A DNA stretch of 64,000 nucleotides from Paragordius varius (lineage: Eukaryota > Animalia > Nematomorpha). The notes beneath the pieces were generated by a model. The model saw nothing but the letters and a program-made list of their open reading frames with translations. It did no database searches and was not told the DNA's origin. Each line of letters begins with the position of its first letter. Position 1 is the first letter of the stretch. Positions 29,201-44,200 of the stretch are shown piece by piece. The DNA lies in contig OZ176060.1 of NCBI GenBank assembly GCA_964247055.1, positions 1,426,001-1,490,000 of the forward strand. Reading direction: 5' to 3'. The position numbers were made by a program, and so were the translations under genes.

Positions 29201-32200
29201 TCAGAGAGAAAAAAATAGTACGGTTTTAAACGTCAAAATTTAGTCTTTTTTTTCAAGTGAATTTTTAACACATATAAAATTTTTTAAAAAAAATACTAAA
29301 AAAGCTATGGTTTAAACCTTCGGCTTTCAGATAGGCTATATTTTTTTGTTAGATTTCGTTCTTTCGAGTACTTATTAGACTTTTTCTCTTGAGTTGGTTC
29401 TTATAAAAAATCCTTTATTTATACCTAGTGGATATACCTTATTTTTTTATGATTATTGGTTGTTTTGTATTTTGAATTTCAGATGGATGTTGTGTAGCTA
29501 CTTTTAATCGAATATACTGTTATGGGGTTGGACCATTTGTATTACCTAATTTATATTCAATTTAATTGTAGAATTTATCTAACTTTATTCTGTGAATTGG
29601 TTAATTTGACATGTCAATTTGACTGGATTTTGCTTGCAAGTCTCTCTTATCGGACATTACGATTACTTATTGTTATCTTTGCCATATCTGGCATAATTAT
29701 AGGATCGCTTGGGGGATATGCAGAGCTTGTGCAGCCGCCCATATCTATCACATTATACATAAGCCCCTTTTAAATTTTTAATACTTTGGCTCTTAGCTTG
29801 TTTAGTATCTTATTTAATGCCTAGAATTTGTTATCCATGCATGGAATATTACTTGTATCGACTTGCTTGTTTGAATATTTAAACATATGTTCACGAGGAA
29901 TGATTGTTATTTTTGAATTTAATTGAAATTTAAAAATTAAATTTTGGAAAAATCCTATTGGTGGCCTCAATTTTCTTTTTTGTTTTGCCCTTTCCATTAG
30001 GTATCAGAAAATGCACAAATAATGGGGTGGTGCAAAACCTTGTTGAGCAGTATAATCGAAAATTAATTTAGCATCCAACATCGATAACAAATAAAAATCA
30101 TAATTATGCGCTAACTAATCATTAACCTAAAATTAAAGTAATAATAAATTGTTATGAGATAAAAAAATTGTCTTGAATTAAAAAAATTGCTTTTACTTGA
30201 AAGTTGTTTTGAAAATTTGGTTGAAAAAATTTTTCTCTTGACTTGAATAAATGTTGTCTATGGTTGAAAAATGTTGCGTTTGTTTGAAAAAAATATTATT
30301 TTTGACTAAAAATATTATATGTGCAAATTTATTCTGTTATATTGTTAATACAATCTTGTTATTATTGATGTGCATTTTGATGCCAAAACTTTTTGAATGT
30401 GTGGCCGGCTTGGTTTCATTACAGAATATATATATTTGTCAATTGGTTCCTTTAAACGTTTCCTTTGATCTTTTTAGAATGTGAAACTTTGCATCATTAA
30501 ATTTGTTATTCATTAAAATTACTTGCCCATTAAAGTTTTTATAGCTGTCTTACCGGCTCCGTTTACCCAGGAGACCTTGTTTTTATTTTAGCATCAGTAT
30601 AATGTTTTGAGTGTAATGATACATCTATTTAAAAGCTCAACGTATTTTTAGAATAGTCTCTTTATTTAATGCTTTTGTCTCCCTTCACTATCTATTAAAT
30701 AAATATTTAATAATGTATTTTTTTTTAAATAAATTTTTACGACATTTGTAGTATCGAATTGATTTATAAAAAATAATAAAAATAAATTATTGATATTGAC
30801 AACAATATTGAAACTTGGTTTATTTTCCTTTTTATTTTAAATGAGACTGTTTAAGAACTTGAATGACGGCAGCAATAAGCGATCAAACCGGTTTGATCAA
30901 ACCCACCGAACCTATTATATATATAATACATGAATATAAGTTAATTACACTTTACAAATAATTGTCATGGTAAATGGGTGGAATTATTTTAACCTAAAAA
31001 TAAGGATTCAAATATTTTGATAGATCATGTTGTGTTATAACAAATAATGGTTTCAATTGTATATGTGGATATGGATATAAATGGATTACTAATTCTTTGG
31101 AATGCGTCAAGGATGTATGCCAAGTAGATAATGGTGGATGTGGACAAGTTACTTTTTATTTTACATTCAGATTTGCCGAGTATACGGGGATCGTACTGAA
31201 TGTCATTGTAAAAAAAATTATTTCTTGTTAGAAGACAAAAAATCTTGTTGTCCAAAGTTTACCTCTATTAATTTAAATAAATGCGATTGTGGTGTTGGGA
31301 TGAAACAAAAAGATAATGACACCACCTGTTTTTCTTATGAGAATGATATTCAAGTTTTTAATTTATAGATTTTTAGAAAATTTTTCAAAGCATTTCAATA
31401 ACCACAAATGTTTATTTGGATATGCCTCTCTTTTTATTGCCATTTAGCGAATGTGCTATTCAAAATCACCCATGTTCACAGATATGTCGTACTAATACAA
31501 ATTCAATAGATACATATACATGTTCGTGTATAAATGGATTTGTTCTGCAAAATGATAATAAAAGTTGTTGCAATAATATTGGTGAATGTTATTGCACATA
31601 CCCGACACAATTTGATAAAAAAAGTAAAACATGTATAGACACCACTGGTTGTGACAAAAATCCTTGCTCCCAAGTTTGTATAGAAAATAAAGGTTTTATA
31701 ATCAAATTTTTATAACAAAATCAAACATAATGAGCTTTGGAAATTACCTATAATTCAATTTTTAAACTATGATAAAAATAATCAATTTTAAATATGAGAA
31801 ATAGCGTATACACCGTAAACTATATTTTATAAAACCTTTTAAAATATTCTTAGTTATTTGGCCAAGTTTTCGTGAGCAAATTAGTATTAAACTGAGAGAC
31901 TTATTCAATACATATGCCTTGTAGAATTTCACTTTATAGAATTCTTTATATTATAGCAAATCGTTTGAAATGAATTGAACCATTGTAAGATTCATTTGTC
32001 GTTAAGCCAATCGGCCAAGGCAACTCCAATGTTAATAATAAAATATGATAGAGTTATTGGTATTTCTACGATGTCATTTAGTAAGTATAACACCCCATCA
32101 GCTTGTAAAATAATTTATTGTATGTGCTTGCGGATTATGGAATTTTAGTTTAATGAAAACATGTAATATTATTAACTCCACTTAAAATTTAGTTTTTTGT

Positions 32201-35200
32201 GGCATATTATAAAACTTTTCTTTTACCCAATAAAAGGTTATTACTTTTTGTGGTTATTGTGCCGTAGATTTAAGTATTTGGACCTGCTAAATGCAAATCT
32301 TTTAAACATGCAGTACCGATATTGCGGGATAAAATTGTGTTCTAAATTGTAAAGAGTTTTCTTTCGAAAAAAGGATTTTGCTTTAAATTTTAATTTATAG
32401 CAAAATTTTGGAGTAAGTTTATGATATTTTGATGCATAAACGATATAAACAACTAATTAAATAAAAACTTTTATATAATTCGATGAAGCTTAACTTTTCC
32501 ATTAACAATATGCTTGACTTCAAGTAAATATATTAGTGTAAAAACAACTTATTTTCATATGGATTTGTCAAACTCAAAGCATAATTTTAAATAATCAGGA
32601 AGTTGATTAAAAACTTTTTTCACATAAAATTGGCCATAAGATTGCAGCATATAATTTGTTGCCCATTTTGGCTAAATGAACAGAGGGTTGTAAGTCACAA
32701 ATAATAAAAAAACATGTGACATAGAAGTATTTTATGTCTATTATAATAATCATTAAATTAAAATGTTTAGTCATTTAGGCGTATTTATATAGGCTATACA
32801 ATATAAATTTTAGAATTATTATAAGAATCATAATATCTTTAACGAGATTAAAAAATTTGAAACGACATGGATTTTTATGATTGCAAGAAATTCAGAAATT
32901 CCATATTATATATTTTAAATATATTTTTTGAAAGAGTAGGGTTGACCGAGGTATTAAAAAATAATATTAAGTATATTACCAATTAAATGCCTTATTTCAG
33001 TTAATTATTTTATAATTTGGTTTAATTGGGTGCATGTTTTGTGTAAGCATAAATATACTTATTTTTAGTATAGATTATATTATGGTTTATTGAAAAGGGC
33101 TATTAGTTTTAAAACCAGCCAGTGGGACTGTAGGTAAGGCGTGAGTAAGGTTCAATTATACACTAGACACATATAACTCAAAATTTAAATATTTTTTAAA
33201 AAAAAATATTATTGTTATTTAAAATAATAATAAAATTCCTTTATTTACTGCTTATTATACCATTTGCGCTTCAAGAGTGTCCTTGAACACTTTAAGATGG
33301 TCCTTGTACATTTCAAGTTGGTCCTTTGACTTTTTTGTTTTGTTTTTAACTTTTATCAATTAAGTCGTATATCATTCATCTATTTGATCGTTTTTATCCC
33401 ATTTTCTATTATTTGCCATAAATTTTAAATTATCAACTTTCAATCATTGAGAAACCGAATATATTTATTAAATTAAAATTATTTTGGATATTTATAAGAT
33501 TTTAACGCGTAATAAAAAAATTTATAAGTTTTCTGGGTTATTATTTACAATTTTTGATTAAAAACATTTAAAAGTTAATAATTTTGTTAAATTGGAAAAA
33601 AATTAGTACAAAACACAAAAGTGGTTTTTTGATAAAAAATTTTATTTTTAAATGAATAAATATATAATAAATAAAGAAAATTAGGTTAAAAAATAATATT
33701 AAAAAATACATGCAAAAATTATGGTTAAATGAGTATTTAAAAATTTGACCAACTTGAAGTGTTCAAGGACCAAATTGAAGTGTTCAAGAACCAACTTGAA
33801 ATGTTCAAGGACCAACTTGAGAGTTTAAGGACACTCTTGAAGTGCAAATAATATATCAAGTAAGCATATTTTTAAATTTTTGATATAATAGTTTGTGGGC
33901 TAATTATTTAATAAGGAAAAGAAACCCATAATATCTTTTTATGTTTTAAGCCATTTAAATGATGGCATGCAAAAGAATTTTTACTTTTGGGCGCAAAAAA
34001 ATTATAATATATATTTTTAGGCGTCAAATGTAATTGCGATTCCGGATTTAATCTACATCAAGACGGTCGTTCCTGTTGTTATAATGACAAGAATATAACA
34101 ATTTGTGAATGTCCATTTGGATTTTTTTATGATCCTCATGAAAAAGTTTGTGTCAAAAATAGGTGTTTTCAAAATAATGAAAATTGGACTGATTGTCCTA
34201 ATCTCGAATGTATTTTAAATAATTAATTATAGATAATTCCTTAAAAAATATTAAACTATTGTTGAAGAATTATTGCAACATCAAAAATAATTGCCTTAAG
34301 TGTTTATGCGATACCAATAAACAAGATTCTTTGGTGGGTAAAATATGTCCCTTAAATAACACTGATATCTGCAAAAAAAACAGAAACTGTTGTCCTTCCA
34401 ACGAGCTTTTACATTACGACGGTGTTTCATGTTGCAAATATTTAGACGAAGAATACAAAGATTGCACATGTATTACGGATGAACGAAATGTAAAACATTT
34501 AATCAATTATTAAAATTTTATAATTTTTAATTTTAGGGCTATTATTAGGGGATATTTTTCTTGATTTATTATTTTGACTTGTATAGATAAGAAAATATAT
34601 ACTATTATAACATTAAATATTTTGTCCAACACTGGAGTAATAATCATAATATATTAATGAATTTTATTCAAATTATTATGACCAGATTAATATATGATTA
34701 TTCAAATAGTGCTAAATTAAGATTTCTTTTCCTAGTTCCTACCCATAAAACCTTGAATTTAGACTAAGATATACGAATAATAAACGTGTTTGTATTATAA
34801 TTTATTGAATAAAACAAAATTTATTTTATAAAATACTAAGAAGTATTTGACTTAAATATGAAAATCCCATAAACCTATAATAGATTATAGGTTTTACATT
34901 TTTACGTTGCAGAGACAGACGCGTATATAGGCGGGAAAGGGGCTAAGAAGCAGAGTGCTGATGCATCGGGCTAGTTGAAGGGGCGCCGGATTTTAATATA
35001 CTTAATCTTATTTAAAAAAATAGGTATTTAAAGTTATTATTTTAAATAATACATAAAATCACCCCTTTATGAGTGGTCATGATCTTCAATCTTGATCGAA
35101 ATTCTCCTCCAAAATTATCAATATTTAATAACCAACTATTGGAATGGGCTTGAATGAATGTGCATGTTTTTCATATTTATGTTTATGACGGGCTGCATTT

Positions 35201-38200
35201 CATCCCGCTCACGGTTTGAAATTAAATATATTTTAAAATACAAGGGGTTGCATTGGGGAGGGGGTGCAATCTCGAATTTATGCACCAGGCGCCAGAAATG
35301 CAGACTATACCTCTCTGTAAAGAGGTGGTACCCAAACCACGGACCTAAGCCTTCTTACTGCCTGTATTCTTATTTATTCTTAGAATTATTTAATGCTGAC
35401 ATTTTTAAACTGGTTTCGGTATTTTTCATAGGTATTTTATCCATTATAAAATAATTTTATTTGAGGCCTTTTCTTCGAAAGTATAACAACTATACTACAC
35501 ATTTTTAAAAGTAAGATTTTGTAATGAGAGCATGACCAAGGAATATAAAAAATTATGTCCGATGAACAATATGGTATTTACTAAAATTTTATTCTTTAAT
35601 TTTTATCCATCAGCTGCACCTAGTTTCGCTTAAAAAATGTTGATTTGCCAGGATATTTTGATAGAATGTCACCGCGAAATCAGTTTGCACCATTGCCATA
35701 AAGGGTTCCACGTGATAAAATCTTACCAATAGGTCGATTAATTGAATAATACGGTAATACTCACTCAATAATTATAGGGGTTGAATAAAATATTTTTTTT
35801 GTATCAAGGGCCGGGTACCATATATATCGACATTTTTTAGCTATTTGACACATATAAAGATATTTATACTGAACAGTGCCCCTAGATTTTTTTGCGGAGC
35901 GCATATGCATTGCAGCTCTGTTTTTTGGTTTTAGTCGAATGTACAAAAATTTGTGTTTCTTTGTTCCAGCTAACATTAATCTAATCATATTACAAATTTT
36001 TAACTCGATTTCTGTAGCGCCAATTCCCTGCATATTATTGATCATCATAAATAATGATTGTGTTAATACAAAAAAATCTATTTATAACTCTATCCGTGCT
36101 TAAGCATCTTACAACGCAAAGCATCTTCGAACCCCATATGGATTCTGACAGAATTTAGAATTATATTTTTGCAACATTTATGGTAATCTTATATAAAAAC
36201 TTTTGATAAGCAGGAAATACGATTCGGGATATATTAAAAACGATTTATGTTATAGCCATATAAGTGTCTTGAATAAATATTTAGGTTTTAAAATGAATTT
36301 TTAGAAAATAATAATATAAAGGATAGAAAATGTTTTAAATGGAAGTTTGGGGAAGAGATTGTTATAAAATACTAATATGGAATATCAATTCAAAAAACAA
36401 ATTACAGATACAAAGAAGGTATGCCATTTATAGTATATATTGGAAGATAAACCCGGATATTCTTTACATTAAAAATCTAAAATTTTTATATACAATTACA
36501 TCCAAATAATCAGTTGAAATTTATCCGTTATATGTATTTCTAAAACAGGGCCGTATCTGGCTCATGGAGCGTGGTGTATTAACATAATTGGTTAAATATT
36601 TGCCCATCTTTTCAGGACTAGGATATTACCTTACAATAGAATATAAAATCCAACATATATATTGATATTCCTAGGGCTGCACAAGTCTATGTAATAAAAA
36701 TAAAGTGTGTCCGTTTGAATGTTTACAATCTTTGCAAGGATTTTTATGTGTATGTCCTACTAATCATTTGTTGAATACTGAGCGAAAAATGTGCCATTAT
36801 AATCGCTGTAAATCTGAAATTAATTTATGCAATGAATGTTTGGCAATTAATGATCAAGCAATATGCACTTGTCCCAAAGGATACATCTTAGGCTCTGATA
36901 GACGAATTTGTTGTAATAAAAAAATATGTATTTGCCCCACAGATTTTTTCGTATGTGAAAACAATTCAATGTGTTGTATTAATCCATGCAAAGTATTATT
37001 TATTTCAATAAATTTTTTATTATAATATTTGTTGATTTCTAATTAAAATTATAAATGTAGCTCATTAAGGATGTATTAATTTAAACAAATAAAATATTGA
37101 TGGCTTTTTAGATTAATAATGGCGATTGCTCAGACATATGCCAATTCATAAACAATAAAAAAGTTTGTTTATGTCGGAAAGGATTAAGTCTACTATCAGA
37201 TTTAAAGACATGCAATTGTAAACAGCAACAAGTCTGTCGGCCGAAATGTAGTAATAGTGTTTGCACATGCGAAAAACCTTTTTATCTAAAAAATAATGCT
37301 TGTGTTATAAATACATGTTTAACAAATATATTACAATGTGGATATAAATGCTCGAACGAATATCCTGTTTGTCAATGCAATAATAATTCAAAAAATAATT
37401 TAGAACTTTATCTTGCGGACGATCAACTGAATTGTATTCCAAATTATTGTGATGTGAGAAAATGTGCACATCAATGTGCTATGATAAATGGTTTACTTAT
37501 TTTAATAATTAGGTATCCCAAAGTGTTTATGCCCAGATGATCAATTTTTAGATGATGATGGTTTGACATGTATTCCGAATCCATGTACTCTAAATCGATG
37601 CAAGAACGGTAACTGTCGATTAAAAAACGACCGTCCCTATTGCCATTGTCCAACGGGGTATTTTTTTTGGCAAAATAGATGCTTAAAAGATTACTGTCAT
37701 GATGAAAAAACCCTTTGCAATCAGAAATGTTCTATGAATATTTTAACTAGTATTTCTCATAATTTAATTTTAGATAAAACATTTTGTGATTGTTATGATA
37801 ACTATAATGCAATAACTGTTGCAGGAAAAAATTATTGTGTTCGGCCGAATGAATGTAAAATTCAAGGAAAAGAATGTCAAGGAGGTTTATGTGTATTAGT
37901 TGAAAACAAAATTAATTGTTTTTGTAAACAAACTACCGGGATCAAATTGAATAGCCAAAAAAATAATTGTTTTGAAAACGCATGCGACATTTATAGTGGG
38001 GGATGTTCATCACAAAAATGCAGCGTAGACTCAAATGGAAACGTTATGTGTGATTGCGGTAAAAAGAAATATTTCCCACCTTTTGCATGCTGCGATACAG
38101 ATTCTAACAATTGTGACTGTAATACATATTACTCTAGAGATAAACGTAACCATTTGATTTAATAGTGTAGAAGATCGTTGTACTATTAATTTATGCAGGT

Positions 38201-41200
38201 TTCTTGATAAAGATGAACAATGTAGTCACGAATGTGTGGCAGATGACTCAGAAGTGTTTAAATGTTTATGTCCAAATAATTATGTTTTGGGAAGAGATAA
38301 TCGAACATGTTACAAAAACATTTGTGAAAATAACGGTATTAAAATGACCTTTAATTATGTCTAAATCAGGGATCTAACAGATATGGCTTAACGGGCCGCA
38401 TTTTTAGCCTAGAAAATCCGGCCAGCCACATTTAATATTTATATTGGCGTTATTTATATTGCATAAATAAAACCTGTAAAATGCAAAGGCAACATAACAA
38501 TTTTCTCTGGTTTTTGCCAAAAGAATGGAAATTTAATAATAATTCAAATATCAAATATGTACGCATATTTTTGCGAATTGGATTTCTAAATTTTTCGCGG
38601 GTCGCCTGTTGGACACCCCTGGGCTAAACAAATAATTCATCAAAAATATTACATAATAATATTTTTACGTTGTTTGAAAAATTTTTTTTAGTAAATATAA
38701 CAAGTTTGAGATATTACTCATATTTGTTTATTATTACTTTTTAATTTTAGACTCGCTTTATATTCATATAAAAAAAGTTATATAAAAATATTTTTCCGGG
38801 TTTTTTATCTCATTTTAATCTATATTTGAGTTAATTTTTTTAAAATATGTTTATCAAACTCTATAGCTTTTCAACCAAAATCATTTTTGCATTTAATACT
38901 TCTACATGTATATAACTTTATAAATAGATAGATAGATATTAGATATTAATACTTCTACATATATAACTTTATAATAGATAGATAGATAGATATAAGATAG
39001 ATACACCATTTTCACTTCAGGAGTGTCCCGGAAAAAAAAGTCATTGAACATTTCAAGTCGGTCTTTAAACACTTTAAGTTAATCCTTGTACACTTGAAGT
39101 TGGTCCTTAAAATTTTTAAATTTTTATTTAACCATAATTTTTGCATGTATTTTTTTATTATTTTTTTACTTAATTTTCTCTATTAATTATATATTTATTT
39201 ATTAAAAATAAAATTTTTTATTCCAAAACTTTGTTTCAAACTAATTTTTTCCAATAACAAAGTTCTTACCTTTAGTTTACAATGAAAAATTGTAAATAAA
39301 CCCAAAAAGCTTATATATTTTTTAATTACGTATTTAATTATAAATATCTAAAATAATTTAATAATAAAAAACGGTTTCTCAATGATTAAAGTTGTTATTG
39401 ATTTATGGTAAATAATAGAAAAAATCGATAAAATAGTTGAATGATTACGATTTGATTGATAAAAACAACAAAAAGGTTAAAGGGCCAACTTGAAGTGAAA
39501 TAGATAGATGGCTGGGAATTATTCGACCAACGGTCGTTACTTGGCTTTTTTCCGTAATTAAGGCATCAAAAAATCATTTGTTCAATCAGCGACTTTTATG
39601 TTTTTAGTGTAGGTCTTGATTAATATTATTATCATAAGCTATTGCTGGACGACCAACTCTATTTTCCTTAATTGTAATCTTTGTGTAGGACCGTAGTAGT
39701 CGAGTCTACCGATCTGGATGTATTTTAATTTTGTAGGACATTTGTTTTATTAGTATGGCACAGTTCGTTTGAATATAGCATTGGTTTTAGGCTCACAATA
39801 ACACATACGTGTCAAACATGGCAAATGAGGAAGACTCAAGAAATATGTTGGACAATATAAAACTTCATTATCTAAAAGATAATTTTCTACAATAGACGAT
39901 TTAAATAAATAATACTTAAGATATATATTGGTTTTACCATAAGACGATTTAAATAAATAATTTTATTTATATTGGCTAAATATAAAAGTATGCATTTGTA
40001 ATACATGTATTCTGCATATTGTCGAGTTTGAGTTGAGTCAATATCCAAAAACTCTCGCAAGTGATCGACTTTGCAGTTATGCGCACCAGAGCGCCCACCT
40101 TCTTTTAATTGAAATGATAAGTAAACAAGTAAAGGGTGTAGCGTGGAAAGACAGTCGGCCACCTGCCGTCAAGGCATTCCCTACCCACCCGTAATACATG
40201 GGATTCAGAGCGTATAGACACAGGAGGTTGGGTTAGAGAGTATCTACATATATAATTAAATGACTTTATGATAACTGTATGTAAGCTAGTATGGTTAATA
40301 AGATATATATATCATTTTCGTTTCAAGAGTGTCCTTAACTACCTCGAATTGATCTTTTAACATTTCAAGAAAGGACTTAAGCACTTCATGTTTGTCCTTG
40401 AACACTTCAAGTTGGTTCTTTAACATTTCAAGTTGGGCCTTAATTTCTTAGTTTTTCTTTAACCATAAATTTTTGTATTTTTTTATTTTACATTCAACAA
40501 TAATTGATATTACTTATACAGGGGTAAAACCGAAAGGTAAAAATTTGCCCAGACATATATGTATAGGCAAAATACAAAAGTAATGCAAAATACACCACTT
40601 TTTCTGTAAAGATGTTAAATTATATGTTAATAAAAACGTAAACCTAGGCATAGAATCAAAACACGATTTGCAAAAATGTTATAAAATAAATGGCGTTCAA
40701 GTAGTTTGATGCGGACTTTTTAGGATAGAAGCATAGATTTAAATTGGAACCGTTTCTTTCAGTAGTTTTTTAAAAATATCAATTTAAATATTGTCTAGGG
40801 TATCTAGATACCCCAATTTTAATCGAAGTATTAAATATTTATTCATCTAAAAAAGATTTATTCAAAAGCACTTTACTATTTTTTTTAAGTTTTTAATGAA
40901 AAAATGTAAATAATAAACGATAATATATATTTATTAATTACGTGTATCATAAATATTTAAAATAAATATTAAGAAATTAATAAAGATATACGGTGTCAAG
41001 ATTAAAAGTTAATATTATTTAAAGTTTATAAATTTTGAAAATAGGTTAAAAATGATAAAATAGATGAATAATATACGATTTGTTTGATAAGCTTAAAACA
41101 AAAAAGTTAAAGGACCAACTTGTTTCGCCGTGTTAGGTATTTAAAAGCAATATTTGATTTAAATAACCGTACAAACAGCGTTATGGTCCCTACTCCTCAA

Positions 41201-44200
41201 CGTAATGTCAAAGGTTTCTATCGAGTCAAATGTACAGTTTATTTTAAGATTTTATCTTTGGTGCAAAGGGTTGTCCTTATTTTCTTCTAAATGAGTGGCC
41301 TTTGAGACCAATTTTGAACATATTAGACATCACAAGAGTCAGCGGTTGTACCCCTTCGTGCGACCATGTTGCAGCTGTACCTTCAACTAGGGGTTAACCC
41401 GGGATAAATAATCATTTAACCTGCTCTGAACTTAGTACCAACTTCAGCAAAAGAGATGCCGAAGATTGGTAACTAGCCCTTCTTAAATATCAGCGGCTTT
41501 GAAATTGCTTCCCGGGATGTCATTGTCCCACAATTATTAGCAAGCAGGTTCATAATTGAGTTTTTCATGGTATAAGTGTGCAATGATACATATAGAAAGC
41601 AATCCAAAATATAAACCTTAGTAATTTATTCGCTTACCATTAATAACAAATGTAAATGTTTATTATTAAATACTAACTCATTTCCAAGGAGCGATAAAAA
41701 AATAAAAATTCATATACCTGATATGATGTTATATAATATGCAACAAAACATAAATATATTTTATATATTACGTTGCTATTCAATGCATACTTATAATACT
41801 TTTCTGTTATTAATATTTTACGTGACATGTTATATACTACGTGACAAGTTTTAGACTACATGACTGTTTTATAAATGCACACTCATCATTCTCAGAAATT
41901 TGTATATGTTAATGCACGATAAAAATATATAATAAGATCCGTATACATTTCTCGGAATTAAATATAACTATAAACAACAACCTCTTTCCATTGCTTTACT
42001 GTGTTTTCCCATTATTGTGTTATAATAAATTATACCCAACTGATATTAATACCTTATTCCAGCAGATATGGGAATAAATATTAAAAACTACCGACTGTGC
42101 AATCAAACCATTTTATCTGTCAGAGCATATATCCGGCTCAAATAAAATGTCAAGGATTGTTAATCAGCCTTGCGCAACTATCAGCGGCTCCGTTGTCATC
42201 GTCTTAAAATAATTGGCAAGTGGTCTTGTCAGAGTGGGGCTACCGTAGCTTGAGTTTGAGCGCATTAGAGATTGACTGTGGCATGCATGAGATCTATACA
42301 AAATATAAAACAGAGTATATGTATTTAACGTTAATAATTTTAAAAAATGGATTTAAATTTAACGATAGATACTCATTCCCAAAAATTGATTTAAAAGTAA
42401 AAATATAGCATCAGTAGATTTCAAGAATTAAAATTTAAAATAAACTACCAACTTAACAAAGCCATTCTACTTGCTAGGTCGTCTATCTTTCTTTTTAAAC
42501 CTTTTACAGAATCTAAATTTGAGCCGCGATAAAGAGTCTACATTCTTGTATGAGTATCTTTTAAATAATACGAGAGCATTCCAGCGATTTAGAGATGTTC
42601 TTTGGCATGTCGATCACTTCATGAATATCCATATTCTGAAACTACTTATGATATCTTATAATCGATAGAGCTTTTCACCATGTGTTTTTTACCTGAAACG
42701 ATAAGTTTGCCTTTTTTGAAATAACAAAAATGCGTGCCAGTGTTCTTTTTCAGACAAATTCGATTTACTGAATGATAAAAATAAAACGTTAGTTTTTGGC
42801 AGACTGGCGTCTGTGTTACATTGATTGGCTTATTAGTCAAACCGGCAATTAAATGACCTCTGATTTATTTGAAAAATATTATTGTACCAAATTTAAGGTT
42901 TAAAATGTATTTTTATGAATAACGAAACTCTCCTGCTTTCAGAAGCAAAAAACTTGGAGGTTCGTTTAATGCAAAATACTGATTCAAAAATTAGCTGCAT
43001 TAAAAAATTTTTTTATTTGTTATGTAATATATGAAATTATTACATGAAATCATATGATGAAGTAGCCCCGAAGCGATATTATAGATAATTACTTTTATTT
43101 TGTTATTGAGTAACTTTTATTTATATATTATAAAGTGCAAATATTTTTACAAATATTGATGTCTTTATTTGTTTTATTTTTAGCTTACTCTGAATATTTA
43201 AAGAATAATAATGTATTATTTTATAATTCAAAAGTTGGTAATAAATTTATAAGTCTGAGTTTAATAAGGGACATGGCAAGCTTCCAAACTGCGAGCTCAA
43301 TTTGAAAAAATTGAAAGATTACTATATAATTAAATTGGTTAATATGTGAAAACTTTGAAAGCTAATAATATGTAATTACCCCGTTTGATCCCTGAGATAA
43401 AAAAAATTTGATGTGAATTTTACTATAATTATATTTTATTTTATCTCAAATTACAATGAATTTATATGTATAAACAGTGCAGATGCTCAGAAACTAAGAT
43501 ATGACAAAACTGATTCGTTTTAAATTTAATTTGCATAATATTACCCACATAACATTCATTAGGAATTATAACATACTTTTGATATATTTAAAGAAATATT
43601 TTAGCCATTTTGTTTCATTCATAAAATTTTTCCAATAACTACAAATCATTTATTAAAAGTTTGAGTTTATTTACCTAATATACAACTTAACCCTAAAATT
43701 TTTTTCGCTGAAAAAATATAAGAAAATCACATTGACAATATATATCAGTCAATCACATTACTTGGTTATAAATTATTATAATACCATAAATCAAATTGTT
43801 AAAAATCTTATTATATGAAAATCATGGTGAAACAAGTAGCTTCTAATCAAACACATTCCTTGTTTGCATAATATGTTATAACAGTAAATGTTTTATCTAT
43901 TACGCAAATATTACATTGATCAATAAGTCTTATTATCAAAAGATACTTATTTTAATCATTTAGGCAGAAATAGTATATTATTGGACAATATGTGATATTT
44001 CTGACTAGATAAGCATTCGTGCAGCATGAAAATAATTGAAAAAAACTTAATCTTTCGTATTTTGTTTGTTCATTTACAGAATAACCTTACTATTAATATT
44101 TAGGAGGCTGTGAGTACAGATGTTTTTTGGATCTTGAAACAGGCTACAAAAAATGTTTATGTCCTGAAAATAAAATACTTGCTCGGAATGGCTTAAAATG

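Noticed and set aside
29450-30600. Possible LINE ORF1 or Penelope remnant on the minus strand
   Set aside because: No unambiguous zinc-knuckle, RT or GIY-YIG motif could be reconstructed.
33749-33844. CRISPR-like palindromic repeats
   Set aside because: Units are contiguous with no spacers, lie inside MITE arms in a eukaryotic intron, and no cas genes are present.
34910-35318. Possible GC-rich MITE (CAGACGCGTATATAG..CTATACCTCTCTG)
   Set aside because: Terminal match is weak, with no TSD and no second copy in the window.
28385-43190. ATGATGA..CTGA pairs (near 28385 and 43055) as C/D-box snoRNAs
   Set aside because: No terminal stems or recognisable rRNA guides; such boxes are frequent by chance at this AT content, and one lies within a repeat.
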